NCBI GenBank assembly: GCA_973895155.1
Contig: OZ316895.1
Location: forward strand, 16,348,170-16,412,169
Direction: 5' to 3'
Length of the DNA: 64,000 nucleotides
DNA from: Marsupella aquatica
Taxonomy: Eukaryota > Plantae > Marchantiophyta
Shown: piece after piece, positions 54,056 through 64,000 of the stretch
Position numbering within the stretch: the first letter of the stretch is position 1
How the letters are laid out: each line of letters starts with the position of its first letter
The notes under the pieces: generated by a model
The model's database searches: none
What the model saw: the letters and a program-made list of their open reading frames with translations, nothing else
What the model was told of the DNA's origin: nothing
Made by a program: the position numbers and the translations under genes

Positions 54056-57000
54056 TCATTCAACTCTAGACATGGTCTCTAGATAAGTATCCAAAGCTTG
54101 TTTGTCAACTCGATCTAACACATACACTAAGCCAATCCCTTGTTTCATGGTCAGAGTAACATTAGTCATCACCATTTCTATATCAATCCATTGTAAATCA
54201 GTAGTATCATAAGTGAATTCAACCTTGCTTGAGCTTGTTGGCTTATACCAATTAAATAAAAATTGACAAATACTCCCTATGTGTCCATGAGGAGGTGTAG
54301 GCCTGTCAAGCAAATCAATAGCAGATCTCACTCTAGTCCATTGTCCCTTAACTTTCTGTCTCATCATCATAATCCGACCAAGCCAAAATTCTTTCTTGGC
54401 TTGAACTTCTAGTTCCTGAGTCCTAGCTTTACCTCTTCCCTTACCTTTCCCCTTCTTTGATCTTGTAGAAGGGCCTGCAGCATTAGCACTGTCAAATGCT
54501 ACTCCACAATCACTCCCAACATCAACAAAACAGGTCACAGTATTTGGATCACATTGTTTCCTCTTACCAAGATTATATGCCACTTGTTTCGCCCTTGTGA
54601 GCCTATCCTTGGACAAATGAGGGTTGCCCACTAGTTGACTCACCAAAGTAGATTTGTAAATTGTTCTGCCCTCATAGGTAACTGTAGGCAACACCTTCCT
54701 CTTTTCCTGTAGAGGGCTCTGAATAGACTCTGTAAGATCAGCCACAACAGAAGACAACACATGACGAACCTCATGCCCCAAAGTATCTATCTCTATAGAA
54801 TGAGGTTTTGGTACATCTAACTCAACCCCATCCTGCAAAACATCGTTAGGAATGGTTAGCTCATCTGTCAACCATGCATCAATTCGATTTAGATCTTCCT
54901 TGAGCAGGGTCTTCAAATTCATGAAACTCTCCTTCTGGACGAGGTCGAATTGGAGATCTATGCTCTACATGGTCTTCAGAATCGTCAACAACAACTGCCT
55001 CTGCTATGACAGCTGAATCTGGCCATGTTTCAACTTCCACATGCCAGGGGTGAGTCCACCATCGCTTTCTTGATGCTGGCAGATCACTTCGGGGAGACAT
55101 TTGCAACCTTCTAAGGAACTCTTTTGCTTCTTCGAATCCTTCTTTCAAGGCTGTAACCACCAACTCATTAGTTTGCACTTTAGAGTAATCAAAAAGATTA
55201 GGTGCATCTTCACCTTCAAGTAAAGGATGAAGCTTGGCCCACACATGATCTTGCTTCTTATGTGATCGAGCTACTTTCAAGCCCTCTGGTCCACATTCTA
55301 ATCCAGCAAGACGATTCAACCCAACAGCACTATCTAACAAAGAGCCAAAGTCATAATTCCTCTCATGGCCACTCATTCCACCTACCTTGCTTAAAAAGAT
55401 CTCACAACAATCAGAACCCAACTCATGAAATAAAATGCACAAGTGAGAAAATTTATCACGAAATGCACATACAAGCAACACAATGAACTGGCAAGACATA
55501 TTAACATCATGAAAAGCTTGGATTGAAATCATATTTTTCTTTGTATGTGAAGCAACATTTCCACCTACAGCATGATCACCATACCTTAACCACAACCTCC
55601 ACAGTCGAAAGAACCAAGAAACTTTGCCTGCCAGTTTTACTCTAGTCCTTAGATCATGTCTCTGGGAGTAGAAACTATCAATATAATCTGCACAGATCTG
55701 CAGATACAACTCTGTCCCCAAGCTTCGTTCATACAACATATCAATTCTTGCATGTAGATCTGTTAAACATTCACGCACCTTGTTTGATGCTATCCTCTGA
55801 GGACCAGCCCAATTCTGACGGTCAGATCTATTTACATCATCCCAATTCAATCCATGTTGATGAATTGGGTAATGATTGTACACATTACAAACATGAAACA
55901 GAGAAGCATGTTGGTCTCCAAGTGCCATTATTGAGGACACTCGATCTAGTGGGTTAATCAATTTTTTCCCACTGTGAGGTTGGTCTTGATCACCAAAACC
56001 ATAGAGGTCCCCATTAGGCAATATGGCAACTGAGTAAGACCATCCTTCCCACCCTACAGAAAATCTAGGGTAAATGCCATTTTCTCCTCTGTAGTCTTCT
56101 AACATCAATTTTCTGCGTCTTGCATCACCATCACTAGCATGCCCAAGCAAAGGACCTACAGAGTCTCTGCAATGCACATCCCAAGATTCCTTCAATTGCA
56201 CCCAATGCTCTCGAACCTATTCTGCCTTGAATTTGTTACATGTTGAAATAGCACAGAGGGCCAACTTTGGCATTCCAACATGCAATGGATTCACAATGAC
56301 AACTCTAGCATACATGCCCTTGTTAAAATCCTCAAATGTATTTACAATCTTGTTATAGCCATCCTCACCGTCACCTACAAGAATTTCTAATCCAAATTCA
56401 TAGGTGTGCCCATCCTTATGGCCACAGAAACCAATCAGAGTGTCATATTTGGCCTCCCACCTGCACAGAGCCCAATGAGAACCAAGTCAGATTCAAAGAA
56501 TTGGTTCAAAACTACATGCATCACAAATAGTCTTCACCTCCAATCACATCATTATGTGCTATTGCAATTGACATACCGTGGGCTTTCCTTGATCCTGGTT
56601 TCATCCTCTGCAAACATGACAGGCACATCCCCTACAATCCCCAACATCTCCTTTGTAGCAGACAGAATTCGAGCCACCTCCTTGAATGTTTCTGGCCTAA
56701 TCCCAACACAAAATTGCACAAATTTTGCTCTATCTCGTTTTAGTGTCTTCAGGCTTGGCCCAGATAAGTTTCTTGCAAAAACATGTGCCACCTGCCGGCC
56801 TCCATATTGAAACATAGCCTGAGCAATGGCTTTTTTTTTTACTGTAGCAAAACCCCCTTGCACTTCTCTCCAAATTTCTACCTACATCCTTCAAGAAATC
56901 CCAAAGACCTTCTTTTCCACCAAATGCACCATTCCTATGACCATTGACAATACTCCTTAAAAAAAGTCTCAAATCTTTTCTATCTGCAGCTACTCCTAAC

Positions 57001-58632
57001 AGTTCTTGCAATTTTCTCTTCCTAGTACTCAGGGCACACACTTTCTGAGTCTGTAGTGCCAACAACCATCTCTCCTTTCTTCTCTTGATATTCAAGCCAT
57101 GCATCTGTGTACTCAACTTTGGACGTGTCAAATAACGTGCATTCAAACCACCCTCTGTGCTTCTTTCCCCTCTCTTTGCTAAAGCCTCCGCTTCCCTGTG
57201 CACCCATCCACGAAAGTCATCTTCTAGTGTTATAGCATGACATCTACTACAAGTTAGGTTCAGAAAACCCCCACCATACAAGGACAACCTACAACAATCT
57301 TTATGCCTAAATAATCCTTCTATATGTACAGTAGAATTTGTGTTAGGATTGTAGACATGAACAGAGATTGTAGCATCCATATTCCACACATGTCCTCCCT
57401 GCTGATCATGCAAGATACCCTTCACAGCATACTTCACATTCTTCCACTCTACATATTCATCCCATATTCCCCAACAGAGCAAACTTAAGCCCACATCAAT
57501 ATCTCTAGACCCACCTGTGCCAGAGCTGTTGCTTGCATTGGAAGCATCCTCCTTTGAAGAATTTTAAGATTGAATTCTGTGAAGGATGTTGATCCCTCTC
57601 ATCTGGCTTCCTTGGTCTTCCCCTCTTTCCAGATCTCAATGCAAGTTCAGCAGTATTCTCTCTGGCTTCAACTACATCCAGGTGACCTCGACTGACCAAG
57701 TGTGTCCTCAAGTTGTGATCCAAAGTCCCTTTCTTACAAACCAAATCCATGATTGCCCCACAGACTTTGCAACGAACCTTATAAAGGAACCACTTGTTTG
57801 CATTATTGGCTGGACCAGGCACACGGGGCACATGAAATAACTCATCATCACCTCCACACTCAACATTCAGATTCTGGACTATCTCTAGGCCAGTTGCTAT
57901 GGCACCCTCATAATCAAACTCAAGCTTCTGTGCAAGATCAGAGGGCTTCAACCCAGTCATAGCAATACCCCTTCTCCTACAGTAATTGTCTTTGTGTTTA
58001 GCAAAGGCAAGGTGCTTGGTCTTAAAATTGCTGAACAAATTAGCAATTGACTTCTTATCTTGGGAATTATCTACTCTCCCATAGACCACTCTACACTCAA
58101 GACACTCCAGATGGCCTCTCACATCCTGTCCTTCATCCCATGTTCGAACTCTCCAATTATGATTTTTATAACCATTCTTCTGAATCCACTTCTCCAGTCT
58201 TGTAAATTCATCATTCCAGACTTTGACAGCCACCTTAGACATCAGAATAGACTCAAAAGAAGCTCTCACAGGGGGAGCTTCTTGAAGCTGTTCACCCTGG
58301 GAAGAGTCCACTGCAACCGATTGGGTGACAGGAGCGGAAACTGATGGGAACCCTGTCCTAGCAAAAGGTAGGGATCCAATTTGTTCAATGACAACAACTT
58401 TCCCATCCAATTCAGACAACTCAGTCATTTTCTCACTATTGACCTTCATGCGACCAGGAAGCCTATAATCCCAGAAATCAAAATCAAAATCAACCAATTC
58501 AGGAATTTGACTTCGAAAATCAGCTAAGGTTTGTCCTTCTTTGAAGGCCAACACAGCTATAGGTTCTTCATCTTTCCCGTCAGTCACCCCATCCCTTTTT
58601 TTGTGCAATAGCTTCACAAACTGGGTAGCCAT
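54056..58632 (-). pseudogene. P-element/THAP9-like DDE transposase with N-terminal C2H2-type zinc fingers and AT-hook; one intron, several frameshifts, one premature stop
   Basis: ORFs 57505-58692, 56730-57494, 56552-56863, 54879-56201 and 54056-54922 join through frameshifts and a GT-AG intron at 56461-56576. Motif order: AEDETRIK, W...DTLIGFCG, ARVVIVNPL, ASDGD, DQPHSGKK, DRQNWAGPQRIAS, GSDCCEIFLS. This parallels P transposase FDEM..., SD.G, DxxHxxK, the GTP-binding insertion and QDxxE.FF. Confidence 0.72.
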
Positions 58633-58887
58633 TTCAATCAACTGGTTCAAGTAAGTTAAAGCATCAAGGGTTCTAAATACAATCACAGACACATATTGAA
58701 CCTGCCATACATAATGAACCTGCCATCCAGCACAGTAAACAACACAATATGAATCAAATTAGAGACTGCTCAAAAAACCTTTTCATAACCACATTTAAAG
58801 ACCAACACAAACAATTCTTGTTGGTTATTGTTCACATGTGATTAGCCCAGTGAAGAAGTTTGCTTTGTACTATCAATTTCACAAACT

Positions 58888-59547
58888 CTAAGACGTATGA
58901 GGCTGAACAGGGACCAAGTTGCCCTCAAATATTGCATGCCTATGACAATAAATGAAACGCCACCCTTCCACATCCCAGTGGTCCCTGCCCTTCACACACC
59001 TCCTGAGGTGTTTCACTCCCCCAGAGGTCTCATCATGACACCAACTTTGAGGGCACCTGCGACACTATACAAAGTCCTTAATCCCATCCTTGTAGACTTT
59101 ACAGTACTCACACCTTGGGCATATTAGGGTTTTTGGATTGGTTGGATGAGACCTCTGAGGCAGTGCCCCAACCATAAGTAGCACCCTAAGGCAGCCAGGG
59201 TGATAATGAGAAAAGCAATCCGAGTGGGCACAATGGAGCACAAGAGATTCCTGTGTAGTGGGATGTTCGAATCTTCCAATGAGTCCACAAGCAAAGCATC
59301 TAGCTTTGTCGGCAGCACACAATTGACAAACCCAGGGTGTCCTCCAGTCATTGTTCTCAGGCAATGTGACAGGAGTGAAAATGGGCCCCTGCATACCTTT
59401 TCCACCAACAAAGTGAAAATGTCTACTACAAGGCCCATCACAGAATACCACATCATCTGTCTCATCACAAAAGAAACAACAAGGGGGATCCATGCAGTGG
59501 TGCTCCTTATGGGAAAATATATCAATCCTTGGCACATCAGAAGCCAT
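58888..59547 (-). pseudogene. EDM2/NSD-type composite PHD zinc-finger gene carried by the transposon
   Basis: CFFCD...FCDGPCSRHFH...CQLC; CFACG...HCAHSDCFSHYHPGCL...ICP. After an in-frame TAG (59065-59067) it reads CRRCPQSW; after a frameshift WEGWRFIYCHRHAIFEGNLVPVQPH. Same succession as the EDM2 PHD module as recalled (CRRCPKSYH ... AWDG...RVLIYC..H.I...L.TP..DH). Confidence 0.8.
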
Positions 59548-59680
59548 CTCGGCTTGCCAGATAGTGAGTTTACCTCTGCACAACAGATCATTCACTTAGA
59601 ATCCATTTTCAGCCCCTCAACATTCAACATTAACTTGGTAGTTATTGGTCAAACAACACATACTTAACATTTAAGCATAC

Positions 59681-60155
59681 CTTTAATGCCTTATCAAGCA
59701 AGAGATGTAGCAAATGTTGTTTGAGGTCTGCTCCTTCCATAGGTTTTTGGATCTGAACTGTGGTATATTGCTGAAGCTTCTGAGATGCCTTCACTATGCC
59801 CTAAACCTATCAGGAAACCAACCCATCCTGCAAGAACAGTTGAGAGCATGTACTAATTTATCAAAAACCTGACTGATTTCAAAGAGACAACCTGCATGCG
59901 GCCAAGTTCATTCTTGGTAGAAATTGAGTCCCTGGTAGAGCACAAACCTGCTTAGATAGGAGACTAAATAGAGAAGGAGGAAAGGCAATTGAACCCCTAC
60001 CATGAAACATCCAATAAGACCAAAAAGAAAAGAAGAATCTGAATGAAATTCAAGCTGAGCTCACTAGATTTTAGCATACCTTGGCAAATACTGGTTCGAG
60101 TTTATAGACTTTAGACAGCTCCTCGACAATCTGCCGTGTAATCTTCTTTGACAAA
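59681..60155 (-). other. putative coding exons of an additional spliced gene, or of the PHD gene's 5' part, inside the transposon
   Basis: Segments 60080-60155 (LSKKITRQIVEELSKVYKLEPVFAK) and 59681-59800 (GIVKASQKLQQ...LLLDKALK) are open and bounded by AG acceptors and GTATGC donors. Confidence 0.45.
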
Positions 60156-61419
60156 CTGCACAACACAATGGCAGATGAATGTCAATCAAAGCTTTCTTTT
60201 TTTGACTGATTTTATCTTGAAACATACAAACACAATGTCAGAATCATAGGATCACAAAAGCAAATCAATTCACCATTCATAAAACAAACTAATAAGCAGA
60301 GCAGTCATTACAAAGCTTCCAAGAGTACTCAGTATTCAACATTGTTTGAGACTTAGTAGACAGCCTCAAGTGACTTCGACAGCAGATTGAACTCCAGCAA
60401 CAAGTTCTCCAACCTCGAGTGAACTTCAGCTCAGATTGAACTCCACCCTCAAGTGACTTTGACAGCAACAAGTTTCTAATCTGAGCGAGAATCTAAGACA
60501 TCTGAGGCAGGATTTGAGGCTTAACCAATGTACATATTTATAAGTTGAATTGACGTAACTGATAATAATTTGATTGGGCCTGTCTACTGTAATTATTTGG
60601 CATTATGTTGATACATTGGAGCTACTTGAAACTGAAGAGACAACGCCAAGATGGGTGCATGCTGCCAACCTAGGATGCTTCTGCCAACTAAGGACTTCTT
60701 TGGATGGAGCTAGTGAGCATCGAGAGGAAGCCCCGGAGGAAGCAATGAAGACAGACCTGGCTGCCCAACTGCTAGCTACATAGAAGCTGACTCTGAAGAT
60801 TGAAGACTATTGACTGAAGACAATTATAAAGAACTGAATCTTGATTTACTGTAGTGATGCTACACTGGATCCTCGGTATCGTTCACTTAGTTACTACTAC
60901 ATTGATAGACTCAAGGTGCTACGCCTACTCTATCGGGAGTGGGCTCAAGATTGATGAGCTTTCCTGTTGGACAGCTGCCACTTTAAACCTTTAAAGTGGG
61001 GCGAAAAGGCAGCAACTAAATTAAAGCTGAAAGATAGATCGACAGAAAACAGATTTGATAGACCTTGATGAGTGCAAGTGGAGCTAGATAGCGAAGGAAA
61101 AAGTAACAACACAGTTATCTCGCAACTCAAAAGCACCAAGATTGAGATAGAGAACTTCACCAAAAGTAGCTGTAGCAGATGAAGCACACCCAACCAAGCT
61201 TGATCAGCTCACAATGAGCACTTGTGCCCAGCCTTGGTTCACCTTGAACTCTCTATTGCAGCCCACAATGCAGCTCGCAACTCAGCACACCCAATCATAG
61301 TATGACGATAGCAGCAACGCTCGGTTCGAACTTGCCCAATCAATAGCCTCGCCAAATCATTGATAGCAGCAACTCCTTCCAAACTCGCCCCCAATCACAA
61401 CCTTCCCCAATCAGAGAAG

Positions 61420-61730
61420 CAATCAACGCCTCAATCAGAGCAGCAATATTAGCGCCTCAATCGTAGCGCCTCAATCATAGCAGCAATCGCAGCACAGCAC
61501 CTCAAGCCACAATCACCATAGCAATCGTAGCGCAACACCTCAAGCCTCAATCGCAGCAGCGCAGCTAGCACCTCAAGCCTCAATCGCAACTAGCACCTCA
61601 ATCACAGCAGCACAGCACCTCAAGCCTCAATCGATCAGCACCTCAAGCCTCAATCGATCAGCAACGCCTCAATCGATCAGCATTGCAGCAGTGCAACGCC
61701 TCAATCAATCAGCATTGCAGCAATGCAGCC
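61420..61730. repeat. low-complexity tandem repeats (CAGCACCTCAAGCCTCAATCG-like)
   Basis: Directly visible near the upstream end of the transposon's genes. Confidence 0.8.
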
Positions 61731-62438
61731 CCTACATCGCAGCCCCCGGCCCGCTTCAAAGCTTTTTCTTTGTAAAAATGTCGATGCAACACCCAGCCCC
61801 CGATCCCCAAATTTTCCTTCACAAGCGCATTCGAATCATGTTCCCTAACCAGCCATCGCAAACTACAGCCGATGGATGGCCCAACAAATGGATGGATGGA
61901 TGGCTGCCCAATTTTACCCTAAACTTGGTGTTGGACGGCTACGGCAACTAGTAACAAGAAACGGTCCCTTCCATGGACCCGAGCGACCAAATATATGGCC
62001 CCATGATTTCACCCAAACGGCTCTAACTAGGATCGACGGACCTAAGTGGCCATCGAGTGGCTACCCTAACCCTTGCTCTCCCCCCCTCCCTGTCCACCTC
62101 CTGCTCACACAAACAATTTGAAATTTTCCCTCAAAACTCTATGAAACCCACATGTTGCCCCTAAACCATGTTTATGCAAGGGAGTGCCACGTGGACCAAT
62201 TAAAGGTTGACGCGTGTCACTAGTATATTTTCTTTCTCAACATACCCTATCTTAAACGTACAACTTATATTGAAGAATTGAGTTTTTACCCATCCCTACC
62301 AAACTTCTAAGTTGCACTATTTATTTTTATACCCCTAAAGTTCTTCAACAAAACTTCTTAAGTCTTCCGCGACATCGAATTAAAAAACCCTATACTTAGT
62401 CGCGCGTGATGGGTTGGAAGGAAATAAGTGAGGACCCC

Positions 62439-62625
62439 GAGTCAGTCGTTCTACTAGAGCTCCTACCAGGTATGATCAATGGGCAGACTCATCTAAGCTA
62501 GATGATATTGACATTGCACCTGATGATGATGATATGGCTTTGATCTTGGAAGAGGGAGAGTCTTCTTCGTACAGTGAGGCTTGTGCTTCAGAGCAGAAGC
62601 ATGAGTGGAATGCAGCAATGCAGAG
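62439..62625 (+). pseudogene. copia pol IN-RT linker fragment
   Basis: SRSTRAPTRY...ALILEEGESSSYSEACASEQKHEWNAAMQR. Confidence 0.85.
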
Positions 62626-63857
62626 AGTTTGGTGTTTGAGGTCCCGGCCGGGGACCTCAAACACCAAACTACAGGGCCCAAACTCTATCGCTCTAATTCC
62701 GGCTTACAAACTATTAAAAAAAGTCTACATGAACTACCTATATTTGACAAAATTGCTACTCACGTTTCAAACGGAAGGAGCTTATATACCAGCTATAGAA
62801 TCTGTCCGACACAAACTTACAAACTCCAGGACTGCGGACTCCGATACGCGCCTGGATGGCATGATAAAATTTGAAAAAACCATTGCCAGACTCGAGATGC
62901 GTAGCGGAGTCCAGTTAAATTTTTCAAATACATACATATGTATATATATATATAAATGGAAAAAATATATCTACCGGTTTTACGAAAAAAAGAGGTGGAA
63001 GGCCTTCGCCCTCCAGGGCATCGTTCAATAAATTTGAACCTGGTGCAATAAATCCTTCGTAGTTTTGAAAACTGAACCAAACGGCTGTTCCAATTCTGTA
63101 TAGTACTCGGAGAAGGCTTTGTATTTTGAATGGATATCAAGCCTTTTCCTACTATATTCTGCCGACGTGAGGCGCATATTTGCTACATCTTATCTTGGCT
63201 GGGAGTAATCCCGGCATTTAGTTATGAATCCATCTCAGGTAAGCTTACATGCATATAATTTGTATCGAAAACGAAAACACCCAAATTTATCTACCTTATA
63301 GCAAAATAAATCTTATTGGACCCTTGTCTGTAAATCCACTTTTACGAAGTTGGCCGTGATGGCGACCTCGACTCCTACCGCCCTTAGGCTCGTTTCTAGC
63401 TCCTTTTGAACCAGGTTCAAGAATCTGTTGTCTCAAATTTTTTGCCGCATGAGGCCTATAAGCACTTGCTTATCTATTTTATTGAAGCATTGCGTTTCAC
63501 CTTCTACGAACCAAACAGTACCCACAAAGTCACAACGTATCTGCTTCAAGCAGGTATGTTGGGAGCGGCCCGGTCAAAATCCATGAGATCCTTAGGTGTA
63601 AAATGTGATGCTGTACCTGGTCGTTTGAATCAAACTTCCATTTTTATTAAACGAGAGGGTGTTAAATACTATGGCCAGTGCAGTTGGAAAGCATAATCCG
63701 TTTTTAACCAAAGCGGTTTGCTAGGGGCAAAACCACAACAAACACGGCTGATGATAAAATACCAGCTAGAGACACGTGGATTATCTCAGGCAACAGCCCG
63801 AGACCCTTTAAGAGGTTCGTAGAAACTATTTCATGGAAGTTCAAAGCGGCTAGTTTA
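62626..63857. mobile_element. 1232-bp non-coding, non-TIR insertion with a perfect terminal hairpin
   Basis: Flanked by AGAG (62622-62625, 63858-63861); removing the insert and one copy restores ATG CAG AGG GAG TTG (MQREL). 20-bp stem with 5-nt loop at 62626-62670. Confidence 0.8.
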
Positions 63858-64000
63858 AGAGGGAGTTGCAATCTCTGAGTGACAACAAGACATGGAAGCT
63901 GGTGGAGCTTCCAAGGGGTCAGCAAGTGGTGGACAGCAAGTGAATTTACAAGTTGAACGACAGTCCTTCAGAGGGTGGAGACAAGATCTACAAGGCAAGG
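63858..64000 (+). pseudogene. copia reverse transcriptase (RVT_2) start
   Basis: RELQSLSDNKTWKLVELPRGQQVVDSK*IYKL...IYKAR. Confidence 0.88.

Larger units (their letters stand above)
53451..62438 (-). mobile_element. ~9-kb DNA transposon, P-element/THAP9-like, inserted in copia pol
   Basis: Copia pol stops at 53450 and resumes at 62439 (RVSRSTRAPTRY...EWNAAMQRE). The ends GGGGGCCTTAG..CCCATACCACGCTCGAC and (reverse complement) GGGGTCCTCAC..CCCATCACGCGCGAC form imperfect TIRs. A DDE transposase lies inside. Confidence 0.85.
48895..64000 (+). mobile_element. Ty1/copia LTR retrotransposon (decayed) carrying two nested insertions; continues off the right edge
   Basis: LTR 48895-49239, PBS 49242-49253, gag-PR-IN 50846-53450, linker resuming at 62439-62625, RT resuming at 63858. 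The PR-IN-RT order is diagnostic of copia. Confidence 0.93.

Noticed and set aside
62626-62670. Hairpin as a rho-independent terminator or miRNA
   Set aside because: Eukaryotic context, no U-tract, too short for a plant pre-miRNA, and it coincides exactly with an insertion boundary.
62534-63031. 165-aa ORF
   Set aside because: Chimeric read-through from the copia linker into the hairpin insertion.

Overview
Eukaryotic, intron-rich, transposon-dense DNA, most likely from a non-seed land plant (bryophyte-like; inferred from gene content, not proven). Host genes: an 18-exon SIK1/MAP4K (STE20-family) kinase (+, 10789-17994); an intronless 302-aa orphan ORF with a 4x internal motif (-, 22215-23123); a 10-exon SLC19-type folate/thiamine carrier (+, 30330-35461); and an intronless coiled-coil ORF whose C-terminus resembles fungal hypothetical proteins (-, 36398-37357). 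The rest is mostly mobile DNA: three pieces of one Ty1/copia family (5' end at 1-2080, solo LTR at 41048-41401, and a copy from 48895 off the window end) and a solo-LTR-like element nested head-to-head in a copy of itself (41783-46340). The highlight lies inside the second copia: a ~9-kb DNA transposon (53451-62438) with GGGG...CCCC imperfect TIRs and no normal target-site duplication (TSD). It encodes a decayed P-element/THAP9-like transposase with zinc fingers and an AT-hook, plus a captured EDM2-type composite PHD (heterochromatin reader) gene. A second 1.2-kb non-TIR insertion with a perfect terminal hairpin (62626-63857) interrupts the same copia. All family assignments come from reading motifs by eye; no searches were run.
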